Shown here piece by piece: positions 15,826 to 23,251 of a DNA stretch of 40,249 nt (its first letter is position 1; each line of letters starts with the position of its first letter). The notes beneath the pieces were generated by a model, which was given only the letters and a program-made list of their open reading frames with translations, searched no databases and was not told where the DNA came from. The stretch comes from a virus (taxonomy: Duplodnaviria > Caudoviricetes): positions 1-40,249 of IMG/VR virus record IMGVR_UViG_3300017747_002969; one strand, 5' to 3'. The position numbers and the translations under genes were made by a program.

Positions 15826-16214
15826 GCTGCTTGTTCTTCCCAGTGCCAAGTAACGCCGCGCTCGGCTGCAAAAGCGTCAATCAGATCGAGGAGGTTCGTC
15901 ATCTCCTCCTTGTCCATTTCCGAGGTGTGGAGCCCAAGCAGGACGAAGCTGCCGGGATCAATGCCGGGGACGACGCGGGACTTCCGCAGGGATGCGGTGA
16001 ACATCGTTTTCCAGTCGTCGGGCGTGAGCTTCTGGCCGTACCATTCGACCTGCTGCGCCACGTCCGTCAGGCGTGCCCACAGGAGCGCGTTCTGCGGCAG
16101 GGAACGACGGCCGCGCCGGTATTCGATCCTCGTCCCTGCCGGGGCCTTCTGGCACCACGCAGCGGCCTTCTGGCGGTCGTCGGCGCTCCGAACAATGATT
16201 AGGGCGCGGCCCAT
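15822..16214 (-). CDS. ninB: NinB/Orf-family recombination protein
   Basis: RRSLPQNALLWARLTDVAQQVEWYGQKLTPDDWKTMFTA...TSEMDKEEMTNLLDLIDAFAAERGV. Confidence 0.88.
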   Translation of the reverse strand: MGRALIIVRSADDRQKAAAWCQKAPAGTRIEYRRGRRSLPQNALLWARLTDVAQQVEWYGQKLTPDDWKTMFTASLRKSRVVPGIDPGSFVLLGLHTSEMDKEEMTNLLDLIDAFAAERGVTWHWEEQAA

Positions 16215-16831
16215 TAAAAGGGTATCTCGTCGTCGAGGTCGGGACGGGCTTCATGGTAGTCGTGGGTCGCGTCGGCCGGCTCTAGCAGCGCCTTGTATTC
16301 GGGGCTGGAGGCGATGATCGCCTGAAGGTTCTCGGACAGGGCGTCCATCACCTTCCGGTCGAAGCGGTTGCGCTCCAGGCTGAAGTAAATGGCCTCCTGC
16401 GACCCGGTGCTGACCGGCATCCCCTTCGGGACCGCCGACACGCTGGCGATGTTGGCGTAGGTCTTCCCGCCCTTCTCGGCGTGAACGAGCGTCAGCAGGC
16501 ACGGCTTGCCGAGAACGTTCTTGATGTCGAAGCCGCCGGGGCCGAAGTCGGCATCCACGAAGCGCTTGCCGCGCCAGCCTTCGAGGTCCTGCCGCAGGCG
16601 GCTCTTTTCGGAACTGGAAAGGGTGTAGCGCTGGGAGATCAGGATCGGCTTGCCGTCGTCCCGAAGCTCCTCCGGGAGCTCCCATGACAGGAGAACCTTC
16701 CGCTGGAGTTTGGTCTGTCCCTGCCACTCGACGCGCTGGGTTCCGAGGTCGATGACGCGGGTGCAGATCGCGAGGTGCGTTCCGCTCGGGGGAGGGGTAA
16801 AGTCTCCGCCTTCGTTTGCTGGCAGCAGCAT
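16214..16831 (-). CDS. Phage ssDNA-binding-like protein (NGO0469-like)
   Basis: GTHLAICTRVIDLGTQ...YTLSSSEKSRLRQDLEGWRG...LGKPCLLTL..YANI; acidic DDEIPF tail typical of SSBs. Confidence 0.75.
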   Translation of the reverse strand: MLLPANEGGDFTPPPSGTHLAICTRVIDLGTQRVEWQGQTKLQRKVLLSWELPEELRDDGKPILISQRYTLSSSEKSRLRQDLEGWRGKRFVDADFGPGGFDIKNVLGKPCLLTLVHAEKGGKTYANIASVSAVPKGMPVSTGSQEAIYFSLERNRFDRKVMDALSENLQAIIASSPEYKALLEPADATHDYHEARPDLDDEIPF

Positions 16832-16833
16832 GG

Positions 16834-17595
16834 TCAGATGCTCCGTTCGGTGTGAGAGGTGACGCCGTTGGGCAGACGCCCACGGATTTTCTTGAAGGCG
16901 GCAGACCCCTTGCGGATCGCCTCCTCGATGTCGGGGGTAAGGCCGAGTTCAGCGACGGCAGAGACAGGATCGGTGATGGTCAGGATTTCACGGGAGCGCA
17001 TGGAGGCGGCCCGTCCAAACCCCGTCGCGATCCGGACGCCCGTATCCCTGCCAGCTCTTGCGGCCTCGCGCTCGGCGCTGGCAGCTTCTTGGAGCGCGAC
17101 CCCTTCGCTGATGGTCAGCGCGACGAGGTCAACGCCGATCTCACCCTGCGATGCATTCTCCTCGGCATCCTCAAGAGCCATAGCAGCGGCCCTGAGACGC
17201 TCCGCAGCCTCGGCTGCCTCACGGGCCAGCCTGTCGGCTTCCTGCCGTCTGCGGGCCTCCTCTGCCGTTGCGTAGGCCGTAAGGCGGGCCTTGAGCATGG
17301 CAAGGACTTCGACCACGGGCGTCGTCGCCGCTTTGTAGGTCGCATTGATGTCCTTGACGCGCTGGTTCAGCGGTCGGACATTCGCGTCCCGGTCATCCTC
17401 GATGTCGGCCAGCGTCTTGGAGACGGAGGCCATGAGTTTGGCCCCGGCTTTCGCCTGCTCGATTGTTTCGATGACCGGGTTTTCGGATAGGAACGCGCCC
17501 AGCCGTTCGAGCGGGCCGGCGGCCAGATCGGCCGGGGTCGGTCGGTTGTGATCCCGAGGGGGCAATGCCTCTACGGCTGATGCGGTGTTCATCAT
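16834..17595 (-). CDS. Coiled-coil Gam/Gp157-like protein (possible host-nuclease inhibitor)
   Basis: DHNRP N-terminus, long coiled coil and LPNGV C-terminal motif; lies in the recombination module. Confidence 0.5.
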   Translation of the reverse strand: MMNTASAVEALPPRDHNRPTPADLAAGPLERLGAFLSENPVIETIEQAKAGAKLMASVSKTLADIEDDRDANVRPLNQRVKDINATYKAATTPVVEVLAMLKARLTAYATAEEARRRQEADRLAREAAEAAERLRAAAMALEDAEENASQGEIGVDLVALTISEGVALQEAASAEREAARAGRDTGVRIATGFGRAASMRSREILTITDPVSAVAELGLTPDIEEAIRKGSAAFKKIRGRLPNGVTSHTERSI

Positions 17596-17747
17596 GCCTT
17601 GCGCTCCACTGCATCCGCCACAAACCTGGCAAGCACGATCACACCGATCGCTGCCACCGCAGGCCAGAAAGTAAGGTCAGCTATCTGCGCCACGACAGCC
17701 CCGACGACTGCGCCGAAGATCGTATTGCCGATGGTGGTCCGGCTCAT
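17592..17747 (-). CDS. 51-aa membrane protein (not in ORF track)
   Basis: MSRTTIGNTIFGAVVGAVVAQIADLTFWPAVAAIGVIVLARFVADAVERKA; ATGA overlaps both neighbours. Confidence 0.6.
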   Translation of the reverse strand: MSRTTIGNTIFGAVVGAVVAQIADLTFWPAVAAIGVIVLARFVADAVERKA

Positions 17748-17941
17748 GCTGCCTCCGACTTGACAGTTGCCGTGCGGGCGATTGACCAGAGCCGGGCGAT
17801 CAGGTCCCCGAGCCGCTGGACATCGGCCTCAGACACAGGGGCGGGGAGGAACGCATCGCTGATGAGCCCCATGGCGTCTTCGAGGCAGTGCAGCGCATAC
17901 GCCGGATCGTGGAGGACTTCGTCCTGCTGGGCGGGGGTCAC
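17744..17941 (-). CDS. Hypothetical protein
   Basis: GTG start with GGAGG SD; coupled overlaps. Confidence 0.55.
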   Translation of the reverse strand: MTPAQQDEVLHDPAYALHCLEDAMGLISDAFLPAPVSEADVQRLGDLIARLWSIARTATVKSEAA

Positions 17942-18096
17942 GTTCTGCCTCCGATGATCAGTTGAACCGTTTCCCTGCCATCCGGGTCGAACACCTGGAG
18001 GCTGATGCGGGTGACGGGACGAGCCCTCCGCTTTGATCTGGCCAAGGAGGCGAAATAGACGACAGTACGGGCGGCGTTGGTGAGGGTGCGGATCAT
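17938..18096 (-). CDS. 52-aa hypothetical protein (not in ORF track)
   Basis: MIRTLTNAARTVVYFASLARSKRRARPVTRISLQVFDPDGRETVQLIIGGRT; fills the gap with 4-nt overlaps on both sides. Confidence 0.5.
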   Translation of the reverse strand: MIRTLTNAARTVVYFASLARSKRRARPVTRISLQVFDPDGRETVQLIIGGRT

Positions 18097-18311
18097 GGGG
18101 CGGGCCTGGAGTTCAGGCCGCGCAGCACGTCAGCTACGATCCGCTCGGCCTCCTCCCGGCTTACCCGGATGGAGCCGAACTGTAGGTGCATGTGCAGGCC
18201 GCGGGTCTTGACCCAAGCCTGCCAATCCGGTGGCGTGTGCCGTGAATCGAGCACGTCGCTGGCCGGGCCTTCCAGATCCCCGTCTTGGGTCCAAACGATC
18301 TTGTCGATCAT
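18093..18311 (-). CDS. Hypothetical protein
   Basis: Start re-called to ATG 18311; coupled overlaps. Confidence 0.5.
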   Translation of the reverse strand: MIDKIVWTQDGDLEGPASDVLDSRHTPPDWQAWVKTRGLHMHLQFGSIRVSREEAERIVADVLRGLNSRPAP

Positions 18312-18382
18312 CCCAGCACCATCACGGCAGCGGCGGATAACAGGAGGATGGCGGCGAACGCAGACCAATCGCGGAGGGTCAT
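18308..18382 (-). CDS. 24-aa hydrophobic peptide (not in ORF track)
   Basis: MTLRDWSAFAAILLLSAAAVMVLG; GGAGG SD; ATGA overlaps both sides. Confidence 0.45.
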   Translation of the reverse strand: MTLRDWSAFAAILLLSAAAVMVLG

Positions 18383-18573
18383 GACGGCCCCCCCTCCGCT
18401 TCGCGTTGGGCGAGTTCGTCCTCGTTCTCCAGTTCCTCGGCAAAGGCGAACGCCTCGGCCTCGGTGCGGAAGAAGCCAAGAGCGGCATCGATCAGTTCGT
18501 CTCCATCCTCGAAGCAGAGGATGAAGCCTCCGTCCTTGGGGCTGTTGATGGCGCGGTAGCGCGGCGGGTTCAT
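18379..18573 (-). CDS. Small acidic hypothetical protein
   Basis: Start re-called to ATG 18573 (GAGGA SD); very Glu/Asp-rich C-terminus. Confidence 0.55.
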   Translation of the reverse strand: MNPPRYRAINSPKDGGFILCFEDGDELIDAALGFFRTEAEAFAFAEELENEDELAQREAEGGPS

Positions 18574-18983
18574 CACTCGTCCTCCTCGCGTCCGAGGGCC
18601 GAAGACCAAGCGTGTTCCTCGCACTTGTCGGCGGCGATCTGCTGCCGCTCGGTCAGGGCATAAACCTCGGCCTCGATCCGCTCCTCGCTTCCTGCCAGCC
18701 AGCCGACGAAGTCATCCGCCTCCAGAAGATTGTCGGGAGTGGCAAAGCCTTCGTCGTACCGCTCGCCCTGCACGCGCTTTCCGGTGGTCAGGTAGGCGGT
18801 GAAGCTGGTCCCTTCCTTCGGGGCGTCTTCCATCAGGCGAAGGTTGAGGCTGAGGCGGAGTTGCTCACGGACGGCGGCGAACTGCTCGGGCCATTCCCGG
18901 GCAGGATCAGCGGCGCGCTGGTGCCGGGAGACTTCGAGGGTGGCGTCGTCGGATATGTCGATGAGGCGGAGGGCGGCGGACAT
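18573..18983 (-). CDS. Acidic hypothetical protein
   Basis: GGAG SD; part of the leftward operon. Confidence 0.6.
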   Translation of the reverse strand: MSAALRLIDISDDATLEVSRHQRAADPAREWPEQFAAVREQLRLSLNLRLMEDAPKEGTSFTAYLTTGKRVQGERYDEGFATPDNLLEADDFVGWLAGSEERIEAEVYALTERQQIAADKCEEHAWSSALGREEDE

Positions 18984-19259
18984 CTAGTGGTTCTCCGCAA
19001 AGCCGGCGAAGTCGCCGCGGAAGGTGTTGTTCGGGTCTTCCTGTGAGGACTCGCGGTCGTCTTCAATCGACTGCGCCTTGGCCTTGGCCTCGTCGGCGCT
19101 ATCAAACTTCAGGTCGAGCAAGCTGCCGCTACGGCCGAGCCGGTACTTCCCCGGGGTGGCGCTGGGCATTGCCGTGAACAGGTCGCCGTCGAAGCCCTCG
19201 GCCTCAAACCACGGGCGCGGGCTGTCCTTGTTGATTTCCTTCCAAACCAGCTTTGCCAT
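18984..19259 (-). CDS. Hypothetical protein, first gene of the leftward early operon
   Basis: ATG 19259 with GGAGAG SD, just downstream of the leftward promoter. Confidence 0.65.
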   Translation of the reverse strand: MAKLVWKEINKDSPRPWFEAEGFDGDLFTAMPSATPGKYRLGRSGSLLDLKFDSADEAKAKAQSIEDDRESSQEDPNNTFRGDFAGFAENH

Positions 19260-19301
19260 CTGTCTCTCCATCCCCGGTGGAACCGGACTTCGATGGGATT
19301 G

Positions 19302-19330
19302 AACCTATCGGCATGAAACCGGCTTGTCAA
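19302..19330 (-). promoter_or_regulatory. Leftward early sigma70 promoter (PL-like)
   Basis: Minus strand TTGACA (19330-19325), 17-nt spacer, TAGGTT (19307-19302). Confidence 0.75.
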
Positions 19331-19346
19331 CACCGATGGAAGGGGC

Positions 19347-19375
19347 TTGCCAAATAATTTTGGGTGGGGTAGGCA
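19347..19375 (+). promoter_or_regulatory. Rightward promoter (PR-like) for the HTH/replication operon
   Basis: TTGCCA (19347-19352), 17-nt spacer, TAGGCA; weak -10, back-to-back with the leftward promoter. Confidence 0.4.
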
Positions 19376-19383
19376 TGATACCC

Positions 19384-19569
19384 ATGGATACCGAACGCAT
19401 CAACGTCGCTGACCTTCGTGCCCGCCTCGGTCTTTCGGCTCTTGAGATGGCCGAGGAACTGGGGATAACCCGGCAGCGGGTCTACCAGCTCGAAAAGGGC
19501 GAGAGCCCTTCTGGCCCCCTTTCGCTGCTCCTGGAACGGCTGTCAAAGAAGGCGGCGCGGAATGGCTAG
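19384..19569 (+). CDS. Cro-like XRE-family HTH regulator
   Basis: LRARLGLSALEMAEELGITRQRVYQLEKGE; first gene to the right of the divergent promoters. Start could be 19375. Confidence 0.85.
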   Translation: MDTERINVADLRARLGLSALEMAEELGITRQRVYQLEKGESPSGPLSLLLERLSKKAARNG

Positions 19570-19945
19570 GGACGACCGCGAGTTCCGATTGACTGTGGTG
19601 ATCGCCGATGTTCTCCGCTTCCGGGGGATGCCCGATCTGTACTGGACCCACCTCCCCTTCGGCGAGGCTCGATCCGAGCGTACCGGAGCCCGCCTCAAGC
19701 GGATGGGGACCAGACCAGGCGCTCCCGATTTTCTCCTCATTCGGAACGGCCGCTGCATTGGCCTTGAGCTGAAGGAGAAGGGTGGCCGGCAGTCCGACAA
19801 TCAGCGGGCCACAGAGTCGGCGTGGACCCTTGCCGGGGGCTTGTATCGCTGCTGCAAGGGCTATGACGAGACTGTGGCGTTTTTGGAGATGGTGGGGCTT
19901 ATCCGCCCCGATCGTTCTGTCATCCCTGCGGAGGCTACCGAATGA
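19562..19945 (+). CDS. VRR-NUC domain nuclease (putative Holliday junction resolvase)
   Basis: GARLKRMGTRPGAPDFL...GLELKEKGGRQSDNQ PD-(D/E)xK motif. Confidence 0.85.
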   Translation: MARDDREFRLTVVIADVLRFRGMPDLYWTHLPFGEARSERTGARLKRMGTRPGAPDFLLIRNGRCIGLELKEKGGRQSDNQRATESAWTLAGGLYRCCKGYDETVAFLEMVGLIRPDRSVIPAEATE

Positions 19946-20358
19946 CCTGGCGCACCCTCAACGCTGACGAGCGGACGGCGCTCTGTGAACCGCTCCGGGC
20001 TTCTGGCCTCTCAGCCCGTCAGATGGCCGAGCGCATCGGCACCACCCGCCACGCCATCGTTGGGCACTACTACCGCCATTTGAATGGGCTGGGAACGCTG
20101 CCCAAGGCCGTTAAGCCCGTCGCCGCTGTCCGAGTGCGGGCGCCTCGCCCCCGGCCCCTGCGCCCCATCCCAGCGCCTCAGGTGCCGATCGTGGTTGAGG
20201 AGATCGAGACGCCCCCCATCCGGTTCCTAGACAGGAAGATGGGCAGGGAATGCGCCTACATCCTCGACATAGCCTCGCTGACCTGCTGCGGCCGGGCCAC
20301 TCCGCTGGAGGCGTCGTGGTGTTCCAAACATAGGCAGGTCGTATTTGGGAGGGACTAA
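19942..20358 (+). CDS. gcrA: GcrA-family cell-cycle regulator homologue
   Basis: N-terminal GLSARQMAERIGTTRHAIVGHYYR HTH, Pro/Arg linker, C-terminal C..(CCG)....SWCSKH; the family is characteristic of Alphaproteobacteria and their phages. Confidence 0.8.
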   Translation: MTWRTLNADERTALCEPLRASGLSARQMAERIGTTRHAIVGHYYRHLNGLGTLPKAVKPVAAVRVRAPRPRPLRPIPAPQVPIVVEEIETPPIRFLDRKMGRECAYILDIASLTCCGRATPLEASWCSKHRQVVFGRD

Positions 20359-20817
20359 ATGACTTCGTGGGTACGCCTATCCACCCCATTTGCCCGGAAG
20401 ATCGAAGCCAAGGCAATGGCCCTGCAAGCCATACAGGCGGCGCTACAGCCACAGGGAGCCCCGCCCGCTGTCCTACAGCCCGAGGAACCTTCCGCGCCTC
20501 CAGACCCCGTTTCTGTGGAGCCGTGGCCCCCTTACAGGCCAGCCCAGGCTCTGCCCTTCGAGAAGCCGGTGCGGCCGCAGCCGCTATGGCGCACCATCAC
20601 CGAGGATGTCGCCGCAAGGCATGGGTTCACGTTCCATGATCTGGTCGGCACTGGGCGGGGCTCGGCAAAGCTGGTCGCAGCCCGCCACGAGGCCATCTCG
20701 ATCGTCAAGACCGAGTGCCGCGTCTCGTCGGAGAAGCTCGGCGTCTGGTTCGGTAATCGGGACCACACCACCATCCTCCATGCCATCAAGCGCCATGCCG
20801 AGCGGAACGGGCTATGA
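20359..20817 (+). CDS. DnaA C-terminal (domain IV-like) HTH protein
   Basis: ITEDVAARHGFTFHDLVG..R...LVAARHEAI.......S...LG.WFGNRDHTTILHAIKR. Confidence 0.88.
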   Translation: MTSWVRLSTPFARKIEAKAMALQAIQAALQPQGAPPAVLQPEEPSAPPDPVSVEPWPPYRPAQALPFEKPVRPQPLWRTITEDVAARHGFTFHDLVGTGRGSAKLVAARHEAISIVKTECRVSSEKLGVWFGNRDHTTILHAIKRHAERNGL

Positions 20818-21572
20818 CGCCGCTTCGGCTCCTTGACCTGTTCAGCGGGATAGGCGGCTTCAGCCTCGGCCTTGAACGATCGGGAGGCTTCAGGACTGTT
20901 GCATTCTGCGAGATAGAGCCATTCCCCCGCAAGGTGCTCAGGAAGCACTGGCCAGAGGTTCCCATTTATGACGATGTTAGAACCCTTACCGCCGAACGCC
21001 TCGCCGCAGATGGAATTGGGGTTGATGCTATCTGCGGCGGCTTCCCCTGCCAGGACATCAGCACGGCAGGGAAGGGCGCGGGCATTGATGGCGAGCGCAG
21101 CGGTCTATGGTCAGAGTACGCCCGTCTTGTTGGCGAACTACGACCGCGATACGTCATCGTGGAGAACGTCGCAGCGCTCCTTGGTCGAGGGCTGGACCGT
21201 GTTCTCGGAGACCTGGCCGCGCTCGGGTTTGATGCGGAATGGCATTGCATACCAGCTTCCTACGCTGGTCTCAGACAGCTTCGGGACCGAGTTTGGATTG
21301 TGGCCTACCCCGAATGCGACAGCATTCAAGGGCGGTCGCTCATCGCCTCGGCGTGGCATAAAACATCCAGAGCGGAACAACTGGCAGGATTGGTGCAGCC
21401 TGGTGCTTGGCCAACGGTATCCAGTTCCCGAGACCGCGGAACAGGTCATGGGGTTCCCAACGGGACACACCGCAATAGAGCTCTCGGCAACGCCGTAGTG
21501 CCTCAAATCCCTGAGCTGATCGGCAAGGCCATCGTGGGGCTTGCGCTCCCTGCCACATCGGAGGTAAGGTGA
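20814..21572 (+). CDS. DNA (cytosine-5) methyltransferase, alpha polypeptide
   Basis: Motif I LDLFSGIGG, motif IV GGFPCQDIS, motif VI IVENV, motif VIII RDRVWIVA, motif X LGNAVVPQ; motif IX is missing in this frame. Confidence 0.95.
   Translation: MTPLRLLDLFSGIGGFSLGLERSGGFRTVAFCEIEPFPRKVLRKHWPEVPIYDDVRTLTAERLAADGIGVDAICGGFPCQDISTAGKGAGIDGERSGLWSEYARLVGELRPRYVIVENVAALLGRGLDRVLGDLAALGFDAEWHCIPASYAGLRQLRDRVWIVAYPECDSIQGRSLIASAWHKTSRAEQLAGLVQPGAWPTVSSSRDRGTGHGVPNGTHRNRALGNAVVPQIPELIGKAIVGLALPATSEVR
20968..21498 (+). CDS. Overprinted C5-methyltransferase beta polypeptide (M.EcoHK31I-beta-like)
   Basis: +1 frame inside the MTase; SETWPRSGLMRNG, LWPTP and motif IX-like PETAEQVMGFPTGHT. Exact start uncertain. 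Confidence 0.7.
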   Translation: MTMLEPLPPNASPQMELGLMLSAAASPARTSARQGRARALMASAAVYGQSTPVLLANYDRDTSSWRTSQRSLVEGWTVFSETWPRSGLMRNGIAYQLPTLVSDSFGTEFGLWPTPNATAFKGGRSSPRRGIKHPERNNWQDWCSLVLGQRYPVPETAEQVMGFPTGHTAIELSATP

Positions 21573-21582
21573 CTCGTTCTAC

Positions 21583-21684
21583 CCCCTTGGCTGATCCCCG
21601 AGGGGTTCCGCACTGGCGGGGAAAGACAGGGTGGCTGACCTCCCCTGTCGACCCCGGCCGGTTCTAGCGAGGTCAGGGTTTCGC
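21583..21684 (+). promoter_or_regulatory. Structured 5' leader (hairpins plus possible pseudoknot) of the replication initiator gene
   Basis: Long stem 21612-21662; loop CTGACCTC (21635-21642) is perfectly complementary to GAGGTCAG (21669-21676). Confidence 0.5.
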
Positions 21685-22497
21685 ATGCCAGACAGTGCCA
21701 CAGTTCCGTCAGATGACCTCCTTGACGATTTGATCAAGGCAGGGAACCCGTCACACATTATCAAGCGCGTTGCGATGCTTTTGGCCGAGGTCGAAGCACT
21801 GAACGCCCGTCGCGCTAAAGACGCCTCCCGCAAGGCAGAGGAGCGGGCCTTTCAACGTCCTGTGTCCAAGGACATCCAAGGACTCGTTGGACACCCACGG
21901 ACATCCTCCTCACGTGCGAGCGCGCGCGCAGAACCAGTAACTACTCTTTCTTCAGAGAAGGAAGAGAAGAAAGAAAGCAAGGAAGCAAGGAAGGAGACAA
22001 CGCCTTCGGCGTCACGAGGATGTCGGATGCCCGAGGACTTCGCTCCCGACATTGATGCGGCAATAGCCGAGGGGATGGACCCTGAGGAAGCGCGACGGAC
22101 TGCCGCCAAGTTCAGGGACTGGTGGCTCGCGGCTCCCGGCGCCAAGGGCGTAAAGGCCAATTGGCCAGCGACGTGGCGAACGTGGTATCGGAAGAACCTC
22201 GACGACCACAAGGCGCGTGGTTCCCCGCCTCAAGGCCAAAGGGCCGGGAACGGAACCGGCTACAACGGGAAGGAAACCCTCGGGGATATCCTCAATGCCG
22301 CCAAGGCGGCGATAGCGGCGAGAGACAGCGGAAATGGACGACAACTCGACCTCGTGGCACTCCCGGCCGGACGCCCCGGAAATGGTGGCGGCAATCACGC
22401 GCCTCCTGATGGCATTCAGGGACCGGCCGACCGACCCGAAAGACCTGGTAGCGATCTACTGCGACGCATTCGAGAGTCTGCCGCTGGGGTTCATTGA
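21685..22497 (+). CDS. Phage replication initiator protein
   Basis: Start re-called to ATG 21685; RGCRMPEDF...KFRDWW......KANWPATWRTW C-terminal domain; internal repeats and purine tract as in lambda O-type genes. Confidence 0.7.
   Translation: MPDSATVPSDDLLDDLIKAGNPSHIIKRVAMLLAEVEALNARRAKDASRKAEERAFQRPVSKDIQGLVGHPRTSSSRASARAEPVTTLSSEKEEKKESKEARKETTPSASRGCRMPEDFAPDIDAAIAEGMDPEEARRTAAKFRDWWLAAPGAKGVKANWPATWRTWYRKNLDDHKARGSPPQGQRAGNGTGYNGKETLGDILNAAKAAIAARDSGNGRQLDLVALPAGRPGNGGGNHAPPDGIQGPADRPERPGSDLLRRIRESAAGVH
21859..21997. other. Putative replication origin (iteron-like repeats followed by A-rich tract) inside the initiator gene
   Basis: GGAC at 21870, 21880, 21889 and 21899 (TCCAAGGAC tandem), then an A/G-rich tract at about 21953-21997. 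Confidence 0.5.
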
Positions 22498-22858
22498 ACA
22501 GGTCTGCGGCAAGTTCACGAAGGGAAAGGTCGAAGGCCACAACATGGCGTTTGCCCCGTCGGTGGCCGAGTTCTGGGCCGTCGTAGACCGCATCCGCGAC
22601 GAGGAGGCTGAACACGAGCGCCTCATGCGCCGCGCTGAAATCCCCCGCATTGAAGACCGCCGCCCACCGCTTCCGAAAATCGAGCGCGGCTATCACCCAA
22701 GCTGGGACCTCCTCGGCCGCAAGCCGCTCGAAAAAGGCATGGGAACGATCTCGAAGCTTATCGAGCCCCACCTAGCAAAAGGCTGGAAGCCCAGCGCTCC
22801 GCTCGATCCCAATCTACTCAATTCCCTGCCTGACGCTAAACCCCGGAAAACCGGCTAA
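22334..22858 (+). CDS. Replication protein P-like/helicase loader-like protein
   Basis: Follows and overlaps the initiator; Y..A...LP...IEQVC..F..G......FAPSVAEF motif. Confidence 0.55.
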   Translation: MDDNSTSWHSRPDAPEMVAAITRLLMAFRDRPTDPKDLVAIYCDAFESLPLGFIEQVCGKFTKGKVEGHNMAFAPSVAEFWAVVDRIRDEEAEHERLMRRAEIPRIEDRRPPLPKIERGYHPSWDLLGRKPLEKGMGTISKLIEPHLAKGWKPSAPLDPNLLNSLPDAKPRKTG

Positions 22859-22864
22859 ACAATT

Positions 22865-23176
22865 ATGGCCGCACGCCTCCCCCCCTCAGCTTTTCGCATG
22901 TCCGACGAGCATCGGCTTAAGATTGCTAACTCAAACATCCTCAAATGCTTGATCCAGCACGCTGAAGGAACACGCGAGATGTCCTCGACGCAAGTCGCCG
23001 CAGGCCTCGGCCTCCTCCGTAAAGTGTTGCCAGACCTAGCGATTGTCGAGATGTCGGGGGAGGTGCAGCATTCCTTCGTTGCCCGCATCCCTGAACCAGC
23101 AGCAAACGCAACGGAATGGCTGGCTTCCCAGGCTCCGAAGCAGCTCGACCTGAAGGCAGAGCCGAAGAAAGTTTGA
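22865..23176 (+). CDS. Putative terminase small subunit
   Basis: RLKIANSNIL..L..HA.G..EMSSTQV.A...LLRKVLPDL..VE; lies upstream of TerL. Confidence 0.6.
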   Translation: MAARLPPSAFRMSDEHRLKIANSNILKCLIQHAEGTREMSSTQVAAGLGLLRKVLPDLAIVEMSGEVQHSFVARIPEPAANATEWLASQAPKQLDLKAEPKKV

Positions 23177-23184
23177 GGCTTACG

Positions 23185-23223
23185 CGGATAACACTTGACG
23201 GATAACCGGACAGCGGCTAACTT
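23185..23223 (+). promoter_or_regulatory. Sigma70 promoter with CGGATAAC direct repeats
   Basis: TTGACG (23195-23200), 17-nt spacer, TAACTT (23218-23223); CGGATAAC at 23185-23192 and 23199-23206. Confidence 0.7.
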
Positions 23224-23251
23224 AGGGACATCGAAACAAGGAACTACCCCG

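Noticed and set aside
21573-21684. tRNA gene in the structured intergenic regions (also 8259-8335 and 25318-25438)
   Set aside because: No cloverleaf with properly placed D and T arms; the GTTCGA at about 8287 sits in a simple hairpin.
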